From a virus, in the UHGV virus genome UHGV-0385955: a stretch of 35,862 bases of DNA. One strand, written 5' to 3'. Each line of letters begins with the position of its first letter. Positions within the stretch are counted from its first letter, which is position 1. Positions 34,928 through 35,862 of this stretch are shown in pieces. The translations under genes were made by a program, and so were the position numbers. The notes under the pieces were generated by a model, which saw only the letters and a list, made by a program, of their open reading frames with translations, was not told the origin of the DNA and ran no database searches.

Positions 34928-35862
34928 ATGCAAGAGAAAATACTAAGATGCGCCATCTATATCCGTGTCTCAACGTTTGAGCAAAGTGTACACGGGAAGT
35001 CACTGCAAGCACAGAAAGAATGCCTGGAGCAATACGCAACAGACAACAATATGTCTATAGTAGGTGTCTATGCGGACGAGGGAAAGACTGCCAGAAAAGA
35101 ATTGAAGAAAAGAAAAGCCATACACGCTCTTGTAGAGGACGTAAAAAGGGATAAAATTGATGTGATAATTTTCTGGAGACTCGACAGATGGTTTCGAAAT
35201 CTGTCAGATTTCTATAAGGTCCAGGATGTACTTGATGAGCATGGAGTGCGTTGGATCTCGGTTTCCGAGCCAGGAATAAACATGGAGACCAGAGACGGAC
35301 GATTGCAGTTAAATGTAGTGCTGTCGATCGGTCAAAACGAAGTAGACACCACATCCGAGCGAATTAAATTTGTGAATGAAGCATCTATAAGACAGAAAAA
35401 GCTAATATTTGGAGATGCAAATATGCCTTTTGGTTATAAAACAGGTGTTGTAGATGGAAAGAAATGCATGGTTAAAGATTCGGAAACAGAACACATGGTG
35501 GAAGATTTTTTTGAATATTTTAGAAATCATAACTCCAAGAAGGGCGCTATCCGGTACATGCAGGAAACCTATGGAATTGATTTTAGCTATGGCATGTTAC
35601 GGACGATGTTATCCAGCGAATTTTATAAAGGGACGTACAGAGGATACCCTTATTGTCCAGCATACCTGTCAGAAAAAGAATGGGATGAGATGCAAACTAT
35701 ATCGAAAAGAAATATTAAAAACACGCCGTCTGGTAGAATATACCTATTTACAGGTTTGATGCGCTGTCCTGTGTGCGGACAGAAATTAGTTGGCACCGGA
35801 TGCTCATCAATTATCAACCGTAAAACCGGAGAAAAAAGAACATACTGCTACTACCGTTGCAA
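34928..35862 (+). CDS. Large serine recombinase (integrase), N-terminal part: catalytic, recombinase and zinc-ribbon domains. It runs off the window end and continues at 1..463.
   Basis: Catalytic motif AIYIRVSTFEQ. Zinc ribbon LMRCPVCGQKL...YCYYRC. RBS AAGGGAG. No stop before the window end. Confidence 0.9.
   Translation, partial: MQEKILRCAIYIRVSTFEQSVHGKSLQAQKECLEQYATDNNMSIVGVYADEGKTARKELKKRKAIHALVEDVKRDKIDVIIFWRLDRWFRNLSDFYKVQDVLDEHGVRWISVSEPGINMETRDGRLQLNVVLSIGQNEVDTTSERIKFVNEASIRQKKLIFGDANMPFGYKTGVVDGKKCMVKDSETEHMVEDFFEYFRNHNSKKGAIRYMQETYGIDFSYGMLRTMLSSEFYKGTYRGYPYCPAYLSEKEWDEMQTISKRNIKNTPSGRIYLFTGLMRCPVCGQKLVGTGCSSIINRKTGEKRTYCYYRC

Noticed and set aside
1-35862. CRISPR array, IS element or rRNA
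   Set aside because: I saw no regularly spaced repeat-spacer array, no transposase-like ORF with terminal inverted repeats, and no rRNA-like sequence.

Overview
This 35.9-kb window reads as a complete, circularly permuted temperate siphovirus genome of Firmicutes type, at roughly 40% GC by eye. A large serine recombinase (integrase) gene runs off the 3' end of the window (34928..35862) and continues in the same reading frame from base 1 to the stop at 461..463. Joined, it gives a ~465-aa LSR in the expected domain order: catalytic domain, recombinase domain, zinc ribbon, then coiled coil. Directly downstream lies a 50-bp dyad-symmetric site (468..517) that I propose as attP. A + strand lysogeny module comprises a CI-like XRE repressor with a TTG start (32863..33246), a lipoprotein, a bacterial-PH-domain protein and the integrase. 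After the candidate attP it continues into a promoter-driven accessory pair (839..1786). A divergent promoter region with paired TTGTT-N4-AACAA operators (32736..32840) separates it from a ~30-kb minus-strand lytic operon. That operon reads, in transcription order: early genes (Bro-N/KilAC antirepressor, T5orf172, Sak-type SSAP, NinB/Orf, RusA, replisome organizer, PAPS-reductase-family protein, Cys-rich proteins, DUF551 protein, sigma-region-4-type late activator), tRNA-Asn, TerS, TerL, portal and MuF-like minor head protein. An inserted three-gene island, including a 511-aa ORF, follows; then scaffold, major capsid, four head-tail joining genes, major tail, chaperones, TP901-type tape measure, Dit, Tal, XhlA-like protein, phi-LC3-type holin and an Amidase_2 endolysin. 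I saw no CRISPR array, IS element or rRNA. Hand-indexed coordinates may be off by 1 nt. Family assignments come from remembered motifs, not from searches.
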